DNA from: a virus
IMG/VR virus record: IMGVR_UViG_3300042542_005394
Coordinates: 32,001-96,000 of that record
Reading direction: 5' to 3' (one strand)
DNA: 64,000 nt
Position numbers and translations under genes: made by a program
The notes under the pieces: model-generated
Database searches by the model: none
Told to the model about the DNA's origin: nothing
Seen by the model: only the letters and a program-made list of their open reading frames with translations
Part shown: positions 19,828 through 30,074 of the stretch, in pieces
Position numbering within the stretch: position 1 is the stretch's first letter
Layout of the letters: each line of letters opens with the position of its first letter

Positions 19828-20978
19828 TTAATACTTTCTATATAGTCGCTGATTTGTTCCTTGATCTCAACGGGTGTCATTTCTGCAACGTCAGCTTTGC
19901 TAATTTGGGGAATAAAGATACGATAAGTATTTTTACACTTCAAGCTTATTTGCTCGGCAGCTTTACGTCCAGCGTCGTCTTGATCAGTTAGTATTATAAG
20001 AGTCATAGCTCCTGAAGAATCCAAAATAATTTTTTGTCTATCGCTTAATGACGATCCGAACATTGCTACGCTATTATGAATTCCATTTTCTTCTAATCTC
20101 CATACATTACCTGGACTTTCAACAATAATCGCAATAGCCGATTGCTGTATAAAAGATTTGGCAAACCAAAAATTATATAGACAATTTTGGCTCTTAAAAT
20201 TAGCGCTATGCTTCCATTTAGAGAATAACCACCTACTGTGTTCTGCTGGACAATCATGTTGATTGTTATGATAGGATGAACAAGTTTTACATTTTTCAAA
20301 AATACTTCTACCAGAACAACCTATCATATATTGGTAGTCATTATTGTATATGGGGGTTACAACCCTATTATACATCTCTTTATCTGGTTTAGAACATAAA
20401 CCTATATCATATTTATCTAGTATTTCTGATGAATAGTTTCTATCTATATAATAGGATGCTGGTATAGCTAATGATCTCCTAATTTGCTCTCTAGAAGGTC
20501 TTGGTCCAACACTAGCATTATTAGGATTATTTGTCAAATAAGTTATAGCATTAGAAAAGAATTGTTTATCTTTTGCTGTTTTTGATACTTTGATACTATT
20601 AAAATCTTTATTTAGAAACTTAAGAGCAAAGTCAAGAGCCTCATCAAATGAGCAGGCTTTGTCTCCATCTTTAGTCCATCCGTATTTATTATGAGACAAT
20701 ATACCTCTTATAAAGCCTATAATCGAAGACTTAAATATTTGTTCACAATTATGAGTCCTACATTTCCAATTACCTCTATATCTCTCTCCTTCTGGATAAA
20801 GATTTACAGCAGATTTATTGTCACCTCCATGGATTGGGCAGGACATGCTGATCATTTTGGAATTATTTCGATAATCGATCTGAAAAGCATCTAATAAATC
20901 ATAGATACTATCACACAAATCGTCACAAATAATTTTAAGTTTAGCCTGATCTTTAGTTAAACTGGATTTCTGATTCAT
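19824..20978 (-). CDS. DnaG-like DNA primase (zinc-binding domain + TOPRIM)
   Basis: CPIH...CRTHNC, IIVES, LTDQDDAG; start placed at MNQKSS. Confidence 0.85.
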   Translation of the reverse strand: MNQKSSLTKDQAKLKIICDDLCDSIYDLLDAFQIDYRNNSKMISMSCPIHGGDNKSAVNLYPEGERYRGNWKCRTHNCEQIFKSSIIGFIRGILSHNKYGWTKDGDKACSFDEALDFALKFLNKDFNSIKVSKTAKDKQFFSNAITYLTNNPNNASVGPRPSREQIRRSLAIPASYYIDRNYSSEILDKYDIGLCSKPDKEMYNRVVTPIYNNDYQYMIGCSGRSIFEKCKTCSSYHNNQHDCPAEHSRWLFSKWKHSANFKSQNCLYNFWFAKSFIQQSAIAIIVESPGNVWRLEENGIHNSVAMFGSSLSDRQKIILDSSGAMTLIILTDQDDAGRKAAEQISLKCKNTYRIFIPQISKADVAEMTPVEIKEQISDYIESIK

Positions 20979-22419
20979 TTTCACTTTGTTCATCAACAAC
21001 GAAGCCATCTTGTTTACCACCCTTATTGTTAATAATTTCTAATCTAGTTCTGCCTTCTGTAATCTTAGCACACCAGCCCTTCATATAGCAATTGATATAA
21101 TCATTATCGTCCAAGCCTCCCCCGTGTCTACTAATCAATGGTACTAATTTTCTATTACCATTTTCAGGACCATCTTCTGCTATTTCTTCTGGGGTCTTTC
21201 TTTTGAATATACTAAAGTTGCTACATAACCAAATAATTCTATCAGAACCGCTAGCGGCATCTGTGCTTTCTTTAGTTATTCCATCCCTGTTGAGCTGTAT
21301 AAATGCTACGATTGGGACTTTGTATCTAACAGCAAAATTATGTAAACTAGTCATCATGAATCCTAGAACCTGATATTCTTTAAGGTCTTGACTCATACCA
21401 GCACTATCCATAAGTTTTAGATAATCATAAAATATTACGCACTCCTTTGCTGTTCCGTCATCGTGTAATCCTACTTCCTTTACTAACCATCTTCTCATAA
21501 TAGCTAGTTGATCTTCAAATGGTTTACCAGCAATACTTTTATGGAACATTCTTAATGTTTTAAGTTTATCAACAGATTGTAATATTTTATGCTTTTTATC
21601 CGGCGACTCTGAGAACTTTCCTGTTTCTATACTATTGATTTCGATCTCACTCATCATAGCTAATGTTCTATTAATATGATCTTCTTTGTTCATTTCAGTA
21701 TCCATGTTCAAAGTTGGTATACCTAGTTGAGCAACATTAAAGCCAATATTATCCGATAAAAGTGTTTTTCCTGTCTTGGGACGGGCAGCTATAATATTTA
21801 CAGTACCCTTTCTTAAACCTCCACCAATAGCTTGGTCATATACGGGAAATCCAGTAGGAATACCGACTTGATCAATTTTATTCTCTTCTAGATTCTTTAC
21901 ATACTCATCCAGATTTTGTCCAAAAGATGAAGGATTATTATCTCCATCATTAAGAAGAGTCGTGAAGTTGAAGATGGTGTCTTCTGCTATACTTAGAATT
22001 GATCCTATTGGTTCGCTTCCGTTTACGTCTAAAATCTTGTCTTGAGCTAGTTCTAGTTGCTTTCTTAAAAGTCTGGCTATTTCCAATTTTCTTATTTTTG
22101 CAGCAAATTTTCTAACATTTTCCAGAACAACAGGAAAATCCATTACAGCTTTAAGATGCTGTACTTCTTCTTTTTTTGTAAGAATATGAGCTAAGCCTAG
22201 TTCTTCTGCTGTAGAAAAGATAGTAGCAATATCTATTGATGGCTTGTGTTCTCTTTCACATATAATTTTTAGGCATTTATATATAATATTATTACTATCA
22301 ATAGTGAAAGTAGTATCTTGTATAATATCTGCAATATCAAGATATGCGTCCTCACCATAATTACAAATACCAGCCAATACTGCTCTTTCAGCAGATGGAT
22401 CGCATAGTACCATTGTCAT
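20953..22419 (-). CDS. dnaB: Replicative DnaB helicase
   Basis: AERAVL, GIPTGF, ARPKTGKT, DYLKLM, QLNR. Confidence 0.92.
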   Translation of the reverse strand: MTMVLCDPSAERAVLAGICNYGEDAYLDIADIIQDTTFTIDSNNIIYKCLKIICEREHKPSIDIATIFSTAEELGLAHILTKKEEVQHLKAVMDFPVVLENVRKFAAKIRKLEIARLLRKQLELAQDKILDVNGSEPIGSILSIAEDTIFNFTTLLNDGDNNPSSFGQNLDEYVKNLEENKIDQVGIPTGFPVYDQAIGGGLRKGTVNIIAARPKTGKTLLSDNIGFNVAQLGIPTLNMDTEMNKEDHINRTLAMMSEIEINSIETGKFSESPDKKHKILQSVDKLKTLRMFHKSIAGKPFEDQLAIMRRWLVKEVGLHDDGTAKECVIFYDYLKLMDSAGMSQDLKEYQVLGFMMTSLHNFAVRYKVPIVAFIQLNRDGITKESTDAASGSDRIIWLCSNFSIFKRKTPEEIAEDGPENGNRKLVPLISRHGGGLDDNDYINCYMKGWCAKITEGRTRLEIINNKGGKQDGFVVDEQSENESEIQFN

Positions 22420-22820
22420 CAGCCTGCTCCCGTTGCGCACTTGTTACACTTGTATCTATCAATACTATCTGTTATTAGTACTGGATTAACTTTCTCTTTT
22501 TTACCACAGACTCTGCATACGGCATTTATCCACTCAAATGGTCTGGCTCTTGGAACAGGAGGTAGTACAGATAGTTTTTTATCTATTGCGATATCTTCTT
22601 TATGCATTCTAGCTTCCATCATAGCGTCAAATTTATTCTCTCGTGATGGCTTGGTCTTAGCTTTATGTTGTGTATTCTTTTTGGGTCTGGATCTGGATTG
22701 CTTTGCTTCGGATTTGGGTAGCTCCTCTTGTTTTATTTCATCATTAGACTGAGGCAACATAGACTGAAGCATAAGAATCATCTGTTGTATTTGTCTTGGG
22801 TCTAGATTTATATTATCCAT
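22419..22820 (-). CDS. Hypothetical protein with C-terminal zinc ribbon
   Basis: CRVC...CNKC. Confidence 0.65.
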   Translation of the reverse strand: MDNINLDPRQIQQMILMLQSMLPQSNDEIKQEELPKSEAKQSRSRPKKNTQHKAKTKPSRENKFDAMMEARMHKEDIAIDKKLSVLPPVPRARPFEWINAVCRVCGKKEKVNPVLITDSIDRYKCNKCATGAG

Positions 22821-23304
22821 TTTTTGTCACCAGTTTAATCTTTTGAATAGAAATTAGTATGTCAGATAAATTTTTGATCGAGTTAGCCAAATAAGATAGT
22901 CTATCTGTTCGTTGTTTTGCATAGATCTTAATCTTATTGATAGCTTGTGCTTTTTCATTATGTTTGATAGCTTGTAGAGATTTTTCTACGTATCCGTATC
23001 CCTTATAATTATTAATTTCGTCAGCTATAACCATTTTGATTGTTTCATCGGCCCAGTTATTACGAGCTATTTCTCTATTTATAGTACGTTGTATATAAAA
23101 AGAAAACTGAGCTAATCTATAAGATATTTGAGCACAATCTTCCGGTGTTATTTTTTCTAGCTCTGTTCTATCCATGGTTAAATAATTATTAAGCTCTTGC
23201 TCTGGCATACCATTACTATTATATTTTGGTAAGCCGAGTCCTTTCTCATATTCATCTAGGATATTATCCCAGTCTTGTAATTCTTCCTTAGCTGTTTTGT
23301 TCAT
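22813..23304 (-). CDS. Helical hypothetical protein, possible UvsY-like recombination mediator
   Basis: All-helical, two genes downstream of recA; family call tentative. Confidence 0.4.
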   Translation of the reverse strand: MNKTAKEELQDWDNILDEYEKGLGLPKYNSNGMPEQELNNYLTMDRTELEKITPEDCAQISYRLAQFSFYIQRTINREIARNNWADETIKMVIADEINNYKGYGYVEKSLQAIKHNEKAQAINKIKIYAKQRTDRLSYLANSIKNLSDILISIQKIKLVTKNG

Positions 23305-23704
23305 TTGTTAACCTTCCAGTCCACTGGTTTTCATTTTCATGAAATGGTAATGCTATAAATTTTATCTGATTATTTTCACACCATTCTACTTTTTCACGAT
23401 CTCTTTTTTGTGATCTTATAAAGCCCAAAGTATTATGATGGTAAAAGGGTACAAACTTATAATGCTGTTCTCCATGTACTTCTACGCACATCTGAATTAA
23501 TGGTAGATAAAAATCTAGAAATAATGTTTCATTCTTCCTAATTACTACAGGCACCTCTTCCAATATTTGCAAAGTTGGAAAGCATAACATGAGTATTGAG
23601 CGAGCTTTGAGATGCAAATTAGATTTATTGGCAATTTTACCCTTAGCCATATTCCCGGTAAGTTGCCATTGAGATACGTTTCCTTCCAAATCTCTTACTA
23701 TCAT
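23288..23704 (-). CDS. Small PD-(D/E)xK (Vsr-like) nuclease
   Basis: LFLDFYLP....VEVHGEQHY...RD..K..WC. Confidence 0.75.
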   Translation of the reverse strand: MIVRDLEGNVSQWQLTGNMAKGKIANKSNLHLKARSILMLCFPTLQILEEVPVVIRKNETLFLDFYLPLIQMCVEVHGEQHYKFVPFYHHNTLGFIRSQKRDREKVEWCENNQIKFIALPFHENENQWTGRLTNEQNS

Positions 23705-24723
23705 CCTTTGATCCCCATTGTCTCCTTAACTTTTAGCCACAGACTTTCGTATACCTCAGGATTGTCTACAAGATACTGGCGAACCTTTTCTGTTCCCTGA
23801 AATTTAGGTTTTGATTCGACCGTTGTTATAGTATACCAAGCTCCTGCTTTATGTATCAGTCCCAAGTCTGAGGCCAGTGTAACTATTTCTGTTTGTTTGT
23901 CAATACCTTGACCATATCTAATATAGCTAGTTATAGTGCCTCCAGGCGGACCTAATGCTGAACACTGTACTTGCCACTGTATTTCTTGACCTATTTGTTG
24001 ACCGTCTTCTGCTGATCCAACTTTCCATGGTCTATGAAATTGAGCTTTTAACTTAATGTCTGTTTGATATGCAATAGCCTGACCGCTTTTCTCTTTCCAT
24101 TCACTATGACCCAAGCCAGGGTTACCCATAAGATGAGTAATACCGATAACAATATTTCTATTGACAGGAATAACATTGGCAACTTTTCTACAAAACTTAG
24201 CCAATAATTTAGCTCCGTCTGCTCTTTGCATCTTGTCCATATCGCTAGTAATTTCGGCCTCTGTACATAATGCGGAGTATGAGTCTATGATTAAAACAGA
24301 TCCAGGTATTTCATTAATAATTCTTTCGCCTATTTGTAGATATTCTTCGGCATGTAATATTTTACCTTGCTTAGACCCTATAACATTAAACCGTGTCAAA
24401 TCAAGGCCAGGTATACCCTCCAGATCTCGTTTTTTAAGCCGTCCCTCAATGTTAAGATAGTATACATTTCGACCTTCGGCAAAGGAACTGTGAGCGTATT
24501 CTTTTCTTTGTGCTGTGGCACAAAAATCTAATGAGGTTGTAGTTTTTCCACATTTTGGTTGACCAGTTAAAATCACAAAACTACCTTCGGGAATTCCACC
24601 ATTTAGAACAATATCCAAAGAGGGACTAACTGGTATTGTGATCAATTTCTTATCCACAATGGAATTACCATTAAGGATAATATCATCGCCAAATTTTTTG
24701 ACTACGTCTTCCTTTAAGCTCAT
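23701..24723 (-). CDS. recA: RecA/UvsX recombinase
   Basis: SLD..L.GGIP.G, GQPKCGKTT, IIDSYSAL, I.YG.GID, GAWY. Confidence 0.92.
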   Translation of the reverse strand: MSLKEDVVKKFGDDIILNGNSIVDKKLITIPVSPSLDIVLNGGIPEGSFVILTGQPKCGKTTTSLDFCATAQRKEYAHSSFAEGRNVYYLNIEGRLKKRDLEGIPGLDLTRFNVIGSKQGKILHAEEYLQIGERIINEIPGSVLIIDSYSALCTEAEITSDMDKMQRADGAKLLAKFCRKVANVIPVNRNIVIGITHLMGNPGLGHSEWKEKSGQAIAYQTDIKLKAQFHRPWKVGSAEDGQQIGQEIQWQVQCSALGPPGGTITSYIRYGQGIDKQTEIVTLASDLGLIHKAGAWYTITTVESKPKFQGTEKVRQYLVDNPEVYESLWLKVKETMGIKG

Positions 24724-25202
24724 TATTCTAAATCCTTCAGTTTTGAAATAATATTATTTTTAGTATTTTGTTGTTTTCCGAATTTAACGTTTGAGCTTCT
24801 ATCTATCTCTAACGTAATTTGTTTATTTTCTGAAGCTATCAATGCTTCCTGTTGTTCTATGATAGCTGGCAGATGGGGCGCTCGCAACGAATATATTCTT
24901 TTTCCAACATCAGTAGCAAGCGCCTTTATAATTGCTTTTGAACTATATTTTTTTAGCAATTTATGAGCAGAGCCTATTTGATTCCTATAAAAAGTTGCCC
25001 ATTTTTTTTCTACCCAAAACCTATAGTGCAGATCTTCTTTTTGGGAGACTGCTTTTCTTTCACAGATGATTTCTGTTATAAATTGAGCTGCTGATACTGG
25101 CTTATTGTTGGAATAACGAGATAGATATGTATCATTTTTCATGTTTTTTATTAGAGTGGATAATCCTGCAAGTTTCTTCCAAAGTAGTATGGAACTTATC
25201 AA
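24723..25202 (-). CDS. Hypothetical protein
   Basis: ORF within the operon; true start probably MKNDTY. Confidence 0.6.
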   Translation of the reverse strand: MISSILLWKKLAGLSTLIKNMKNDTYLSRYSNNKPVSAAQFITEIICERKAVSQKEDLHYRFWVEKKWATFYRNQIGSAHKLLKKYSSKAIIKALATDVGKRIYSLRAPHLPAIIEQQEALIASENKQITLEIDRSSNVKFGKQQNTKNNIISKLKDLE

Positions 25203-25554
25203 AAAACTTATCTATATGTGGTTTATAGTCATCGTCTGTTTGTATAGGTATGTGGTAAAATTTTTCTATTATATCAACAATTGACAATAGTTGTCCGTGT
25301 TCACCTATCTGAGAAGCCTCTGCTTTGATTATAAAAACCAATTCATTAGGAGAGCCTGTAATATTTTTCTTTTTGATAATATCAGGATGCTCTGTGGATA
25401 AATCTATATACGGATCAACTATGTCTTCTAGTTTTTGATTTTTTTGATTTTTTTGATCTTCTAAAGAGGATAATAACTTGTTTTGAATCTTGTCTAGTAT
25501 TTGTTTTTCTTCATCGGATAGTTCGTTTACAATTTCTTGGAAAAAATCAGACAT
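25132..25554 (-). CDS. Hypothetical protein
   Basis: 140-aa ORF within the operon. Confidence 0.6.
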   Translation of the reverse strand: MSDFFQEIVNELSDEEKQILDKIQNKLLSSLEDQKNQKNQKLEDIVDPYIDLSTEHPDIIKKKNITGSPNELVFIIKAEASQIGEHGQLLSIVDIIEKFYHIPIQTDDDYKPHIDKFFDKFHTTLEETCRIIHSNKKHEK

Positions 25555-25556
25555 AA

Positions 25557-25898
25557 TTATTTACTATATGGTCTATAGATACCTTTCTGGATTTTGGAAG
25601 AAGAATTAGTATTCTTTTTTAAATCATCATTCAATTGAGATGCTTCTTTGGTCATTATAGCTACGCTTCGAGTTTTATTAGAAGACTCTGTTATCATAAG
25701 GTTTTTGGATCGTGATCCATTAACCGGCGAAGTTTTGGTTTGCAAACCTTTTTCTGAAGTCTTATTAGCGTATTCTATTATAGTATTTGCAATTTGTGTT
25801 TTACCAAGTTTTGTCTCTGCAACTATAGCTTCAGTGTCTAAACCCTGACTACTCAACCATAATATCGCATACTTTTGCATTTTATTTATTCTAGCCAT
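25557..25898 (-). CDS. Hypothetical protein, possible N-terminal HTH
   Basis: GLDTEAIVAETKLGKTQIANTI. Confidence 0.55.
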   Translation of the reverse strand: MARINKMQKYAILWLSSQGLDTEAIVAETKLGKTQIANTIIEYANKTSEKGLQTKTSPVNGSRSKNLMITESSNKTRSVAIMTKEASQLNDDLKKNTNSSSKIQKGIYRPYSK

Positions 25899-26290
25899 TA
25901 CTCGTGCTCCCTTTCTGCATTAATTAACCATGATACATTTTTTGTGTTCAAGAACTCTAAATACATATTAAAAACCTTTTGTCCTACTTCTTTGAATCTG
26001 TCGTTGGATCTACAAATCCTATTAAGAAATGTATGAGTTTTTTCTTGTCCATAGATTGATAAAGGATTATAGAACTTACCGTTGTTTCCTAGTCTAATGC
26101 TGTATTTTAGAGTACCGTTTTTTCTTGTGGTTTTTTTAGCAAATACCGAACTATTCTCTTCCTCAACCCTTGCTCTATTGGATTCATCTATAAAAGATTC
26201 GTGATCTCGCAGAGTATAGAACTCTACTGTTTCTTCAGTGTTGATTTTTTTTGTAAATAAACTACTGGGCTTAAAAATAAAATTATCCAT
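25898..26290 (-). CDS. Hypothetical protein
   Basis: 130-aa ORF within the operon. Confidence 0.6.
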   Translation of the reverse strand: MDNFIFKPSSLFTKKINTEETVEFYTLRDHESFIDESNRARVEEENSSVFAKKTTRKNGTLKYSIRLGNNGKFYNPLSIYGQEKTHTFLNRICRSNDRFKEVGQKVFNMYLEFLNTKNVSWLINAEREHE

Positions 26291-26645
26291 CTTGTCTCCA
26301 TTTAATTTTCTGCTTGGGCCTTTGTAATCTGCTCATACCTTTTGGAAGTTCTTTAGTAGAAGCGGGTTCTTTATATTCATTATGTTTTTTGCCCAAGTGA
26401 GCCTTGTGGTCTTCGCTCATCTTATCTCTATTCCTATTTGCCAGATCTCCAATAGTTTTTAACTCGCTGTCGCTTTTCTTTATTGATGTATTTAAAGTAA
26501 GTAGATCCTCAACATAAAGTCTTGATACTTTTTTATCTTTATTACAAGATGGACAAATCTTTTTAGATTTATCATATTGCTGTAAAGATAGATAAAGCTC
26601 GAATTTTTCTTTACATCCGTCGCAAAAAAATGAATATGTTGGCAT
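26283..26645 (-). CDS. FmdB-family zinc-ribbon protein
   Basis: MPTYSFFCDGC...FE...CPSC. Confidence 0.8.
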   Translation of the reverse strand: MPTYSFFCDGCKEKFELYLSLQQYDKSKKICPSCNKDKKVSRLYVEDLLTLNTSIKKSDSELKTIGDLANRNRDKMSEDHKAHLGKKHNEYKEPASTKELPKGMSRLQRPKQKIKWRQDG

Positions 26646-26648
26646 GTT

Positions 26649-27224
26649 TTATATATAGGAATCAGGCAAATAAATTTTCCATTCGTTCGGTATGTCTGAT
26701 CTTATTCTAAGAAGAAAGTGAGATATAGGCAAGTACTTGGGGCTTTTATTTGGTATCATCGGAAGATTTCTAATAGGCATATTAGCCTGTTTAGGTGTTC
26801 TATTTCCTTTTTTACGATTACATTCTACGCAAGCTGTTACTATATTTGTCCAATTCGTTGGTGATCCATTCTTATTTTTCCATAATGATTTTGGAATAAC
26901 ATGATCATAGGTTAATTTAGCTATTTCTTTAGTTTCTCCACAATACTGACAGCTATAATTATCTCTTATAAAAATATTTTTTCTAGAGAAATTAACTTTA
27001 GCATTATTCACTCTAAAATATTTAGATGTTCTTATCACTGCTGGTATTGGAAATTTTTTGTTATTAGTACCATTAATATAATCATTTTTGTAGAAGTCTA
27101 TAACTTCTATATGAGAATGATTGCTATCTATTAATGACCATGTTATAGCTCTTTTCCAATCAACAATAGCTAATGGCGTAAAATCAGCATTTAACACCAA
27201 GCATTTACTGTGTCTTATTTTCAT
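26649..27224 (-). CDS. HNH endonuclease (McrA-like)
   Basis: LVLNA, RD.Y.CQYCG, T.DHVIP, W.N.VTAC..CN..KG. Confidence 0.9.
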   Translation of the reverse strand: MKIRHSKCLVLNADFTPLAIVDWKRAITWSLIDSNHSHIEVIDFYKNDYINGTNNKKFPIPAVIRTSKYFRVNNAKVNFSRKNIFIRDNYSCQYCGETKEIAKLTYDHVIPKSLWKNKNGSPTNWTNIVTACVECNRKKGNRTPKQANMPIRNLPMIPNKSPKYLPISHFLLRIRSDIPNEWKIYLPDSYI

Positions 27225-27930
27225 TTTCGAAAGAATCTAAACGATGAATAATTTTGCCGATAATTGGATTTCTAACAATATCAGATGATGTTAATTTTGC
27301 AATACCTATACCTTCAACACCTTCAAGAACGCTCATCATATTATAAAAGCCGCCCTGCATGTGTCTATGTAAATCTGATTGGCTGGTATCTCCTGTTACA
27401 ACCATCTTGCTATTCATGCCAATTCGAGTCAATAACATTTTAAGTTGATCATAGGAAGCATTTTGACATTCGTCAGCAACAATAAAGCAATTATGAAAGT
27501 TTCGCCCTCTCATTAAGCCCAATGGTACAATCTCTATTTTGTTATTGATTTTCAGATTAGCATATTGTGCTGCTGGAATAAAATAATTTATTTCATCTAG
27601 TAAGGGCAGTAGATATGGATGAAGTTTTTCTTCAGCACTTCCGGGTAAGTATCCTAATTTTTCTCCAGATTCTACTACTGGCCTTGTAATAATAATCTTT
27701 TTAACTTTTTCATCTAATAAATACTCTAGAGCTAAACCTACGGCTATATGACTTTTGCCGCTACCAGCTACTCCTTGACAGAAAGTTATAACGTTTTCTG
27801 CTACGGTTCTGATGTATTCCTTTTGATTATCTGTTCTTGGTTTTAGTCTGTTTCTATAAGCATCTGGCATCCTGATTTCGTTTGTTGCGTCTATAACTTT
27901 ACTTTTCTTCTTATTGGGTTTTTTTCTCAA
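27205..27930 (-). CDS. phoH: PhoH-like ATPase
   Basis: GVAGSGKS, RPVVE.GE.LGYLPG, MRGR, DECQN, GD..Q.D. Confidence 0.93.
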   Translation of the reverse strand: MRKKPNKKKSKVIDATNEIRMPDAYRNRLKPRTDNQKEYIRTVAENVITFCQGVAGSGKSHIAVGLALEYLLDEKVKKIIITRPVVESGEKLGYLPGSAEEKLHPYLLPLLDEINYFIPAAQYANLKINNKIEIVPLGLMRGRNFHNCFIVADECQNASYDQLKMLLTRIGMNSKMVVTGDTSQSDLHRHMQGGFYNMMSVLEGVEGIGIAKLTSSDIVRNPIIGKIIHRLDSFENENKTQ

Positions 27931-27975
27931 GTTAGGCCCTTTATTAATAGAATTAGTAAAACCAATGCATATTAA

Positions 27976-27984
27976 AATACACCG
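27976..27984 (-). promoter_or_regulatory. YGGTGTAT motif upstream of phoH
   Basis: cGGTGTATtt, 47 nt upstream of the start. Confidence 0.55.
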
Positions 27985-28003
27985 TTAATAAAGGCTATTT
28001 ATA

Positions 28004-28372
28004 TTATTTTAACACAAAATTCTCTAGATTTGGAGCTTTCCATCCCTCTGGTTTTAGCACCTTGCCGTCCTCTCTTTTCTTTACTTTTCCTGTTACAGAA
28101 TCAATCTTGTCAAAATTGGTACGCATTACCTCATCCCAACCAGCTTCTCCATTTGCTCCCATACTATTGATAGCTCCCACAGTAACTACTATTATATCTA
28201 TTAGAGCATCTAGAATTTCAACTCTGTCATTAGCGTCTATAGCCTCTTGTAATTCTTGAGTTTCTTCCTTGATCAAAGTATGATACATATTTAACTGCTT
28301 TTCATTAAACTCACATACTGTCTGATCACAAGCCACCATAAACTTAGTCTGGTCCTGAAATACGTTTCCCAT
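28004..28372 (-). CDS. MazG/HisE-like all-alpha NTP pyrophosphohydrolase
   Basis: LIKEETQEL..., EILDALIDII.V, EV..TN..K, KVLKP. Confidence 0.85.
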   Translation of the reverse strand: MGNVFQDQTKFMVACDQTVCEFNEKQLNMYHTLIKEETQELQEAIDANDRVEILDALIDIIVVTVGAINSMGANGEAGWDEVMRTNFDKIDSVTGKVKKREDGKVLKPEGWKAPNLENFVLK

Positions 28373-28399
28373 AATTTACTTTTGTCCTTTCATGATTGA

Positions 28400-30049
28400 T
28401 TATGATTCACAACTACTACACGTTAAAATACTTCTAGCTAATTCCTGAGCAGGATTGCTCGATCTCTGATAATAAAATGTCTTAATTCCATTTTCCCATC
28501 CAAAAATCAATAACTCGCTCACTTCTTTAGCCGGACAGTTTGGAGGTATCATTAAGTTAAGAGATACTGCCTGATCTATATATTTCTGACGTTGTATATT
28601 TTGAATAACAATTTCTTTCTGACTTATTTCGCCAAAAGTCTTAAAGATATTTTTTTCTTCTTGTGTGAGAAAATCTAAATGCTGAACACTACCACCCCTA
28701 ACAAGAATATCTTTCCATACTTCTTCTGTGTCTTGATTTTTGTCCTTTAGGAGTTTTTTAAGGTATGGATTTTTGTATGTGAAACTACCTTTAGCCAGTT
28801 TCTTCACAAAGTAGTTACTATTTAAAGGTTCGATGGATGGACTCACTTGCCCTAAAATAAAACTACTGCTCGTAGTGGGCGCCACAGCGACTGTGGTGAC
28901 GTTTCTACGTCCATAGCCCTTGAGCAATTCTGGCTCTCCATACCTATGAGCTAATTCTACAGAAGCCTTGTCTGCCTTAGATTTTATTGTTTTCCATACG
29001 TCTACATTTAAAGCTTTTGCTCCCATAGACTCAAAAGGAACCATCTTAGACTGTAATAATGAATGCCAGCCAAGAACCCCCATACCTAATGCTCTTTGGT
29101 TTTTAGCAAAATTATGAGAAGACTCCATAAATTGACTATTAGCAGTTTTTCTAATGAACTCCTCATTGACTGCATCAAGAAAATATACTAAAGTTTCTAT
29201 TGCGTCTGTTTCCTTGATCTCGTCCCAATGCAATAAATTAAGACTAGACAATACACAAACAAAACTATTATCCTCATCAGAAAATAGTGTAATTTCTGAG
29301 CATAGATTTGATGACTTAATTTTTAGTCTTTTGTCTTTATATGGCTGAGGAGCAACATTGTTAACATTATCGCTAAACATAATATATGGATAGCCTGTCT
29401 GAAATCTCTTTTGAATTATTTTTGCCCAAATTTTTCTTTTTTCTTTGTCTCCATTAACCATATCTTTCATCCACTCATCACCTATGGTAACACCAATACT
29501 CATATTTTGAATGGGATGACCCTCACTGCGTATTTGTAGAAACTCTTCTATATCAGGATGTTCTACAGGAAGATATGCAGCAAACGAACCTCTACGAGCA
29601 GAGCCTTGGGACACAACCTCAGCAACCTTGTCAAATAACTCCATAAAATGCACAGGACCACTACTTTCTCCACCAACACTTATCTTAGCTCCTCTAGCTC
29701 TAAGATCTCCAAAATAACCACTGGTGCCTCCACCTAATTTGCTCATCATACCAACTTCTGCTACTTTATTCAATATGCCATCCATAGTATCTGGAATATA
29801 AGAATTAAAGCAGGAAACTGGAAGCCCTCTATCGTTGCCAAAATTAGTCCACACTGGGGTTGCTAGACTATAGAAACCTCTACTCATATAGTCTTCGAAT
29901 TTGTCAGCAAATCCTTCTGTGTTTAGGATAGCTTGAGCCGTTTCGGCAATTTGTCTAACTCTAGTTTCCGGAGTTATTCCTTCTTTAAGATATCCTCTTT
30001 CCAAGAAAATGCGACTATGAGAGTTAAGCCAGTAATATTTTTTATTCAT
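28400..30049 (-). CDS. nrdA: Class I ribonucleotide reductase alpha subunit (short, no ATP cone)
   Basis: PVSCF, SNLCSEI, FVCVLSS, APT, YY.RS, C-terminal CSSCES. Confidence 0.93.
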   Translation of the reverse strand: MNKKYYWLNSHSRIFLERGYLKEGITPETRVRQIAETAQAILNTEGFADKFEDYMSRGFYSLATPVWTNFGNDRGLPVSCFNSYIPDTMDGILNKVAEVGMMSKLGGGTSGYFGDLRARGAKISVGGESSGPVHFMELFDKVAEVVSQGSARRGSFAAYLPVEHPDIEEFLQIRSEGHPIQNMSIGVTIGDEWMKDMVNGDKEKRKIWAKIIQKRFQTGYPYIMFSDNVNNVAPQPYKDKRLKIKSSNLCSEITLFSDEDNSFVCVLSSLNLLHWDEIKETDAIETLVYFLDAVNEEFIRKTANSQFMESSHNFAKNQRALGMGVLGWHSLLQSKMVPFESMGAKALNVDVWKTIKSKADKASVELAHRYGEPELLKGYGRRNVTTVAVAPTTSSSFILGQVSPSIEPLNSNYFVKKLAKGSFTYKNPYLKKLLKDKNQDTEEVWKDILVRGGSVQHLDFLTQEEKNIFKTFGEISQKEIVIQNIQRQKYIDQAVSLNLMIPPNCPAKEVSELLIFGWENGIKTFYYQRSSNPAQELARSILTCSSCES

Positions 30050-30074
30050 TGTTATTTCTATTATAATCCTTCAA

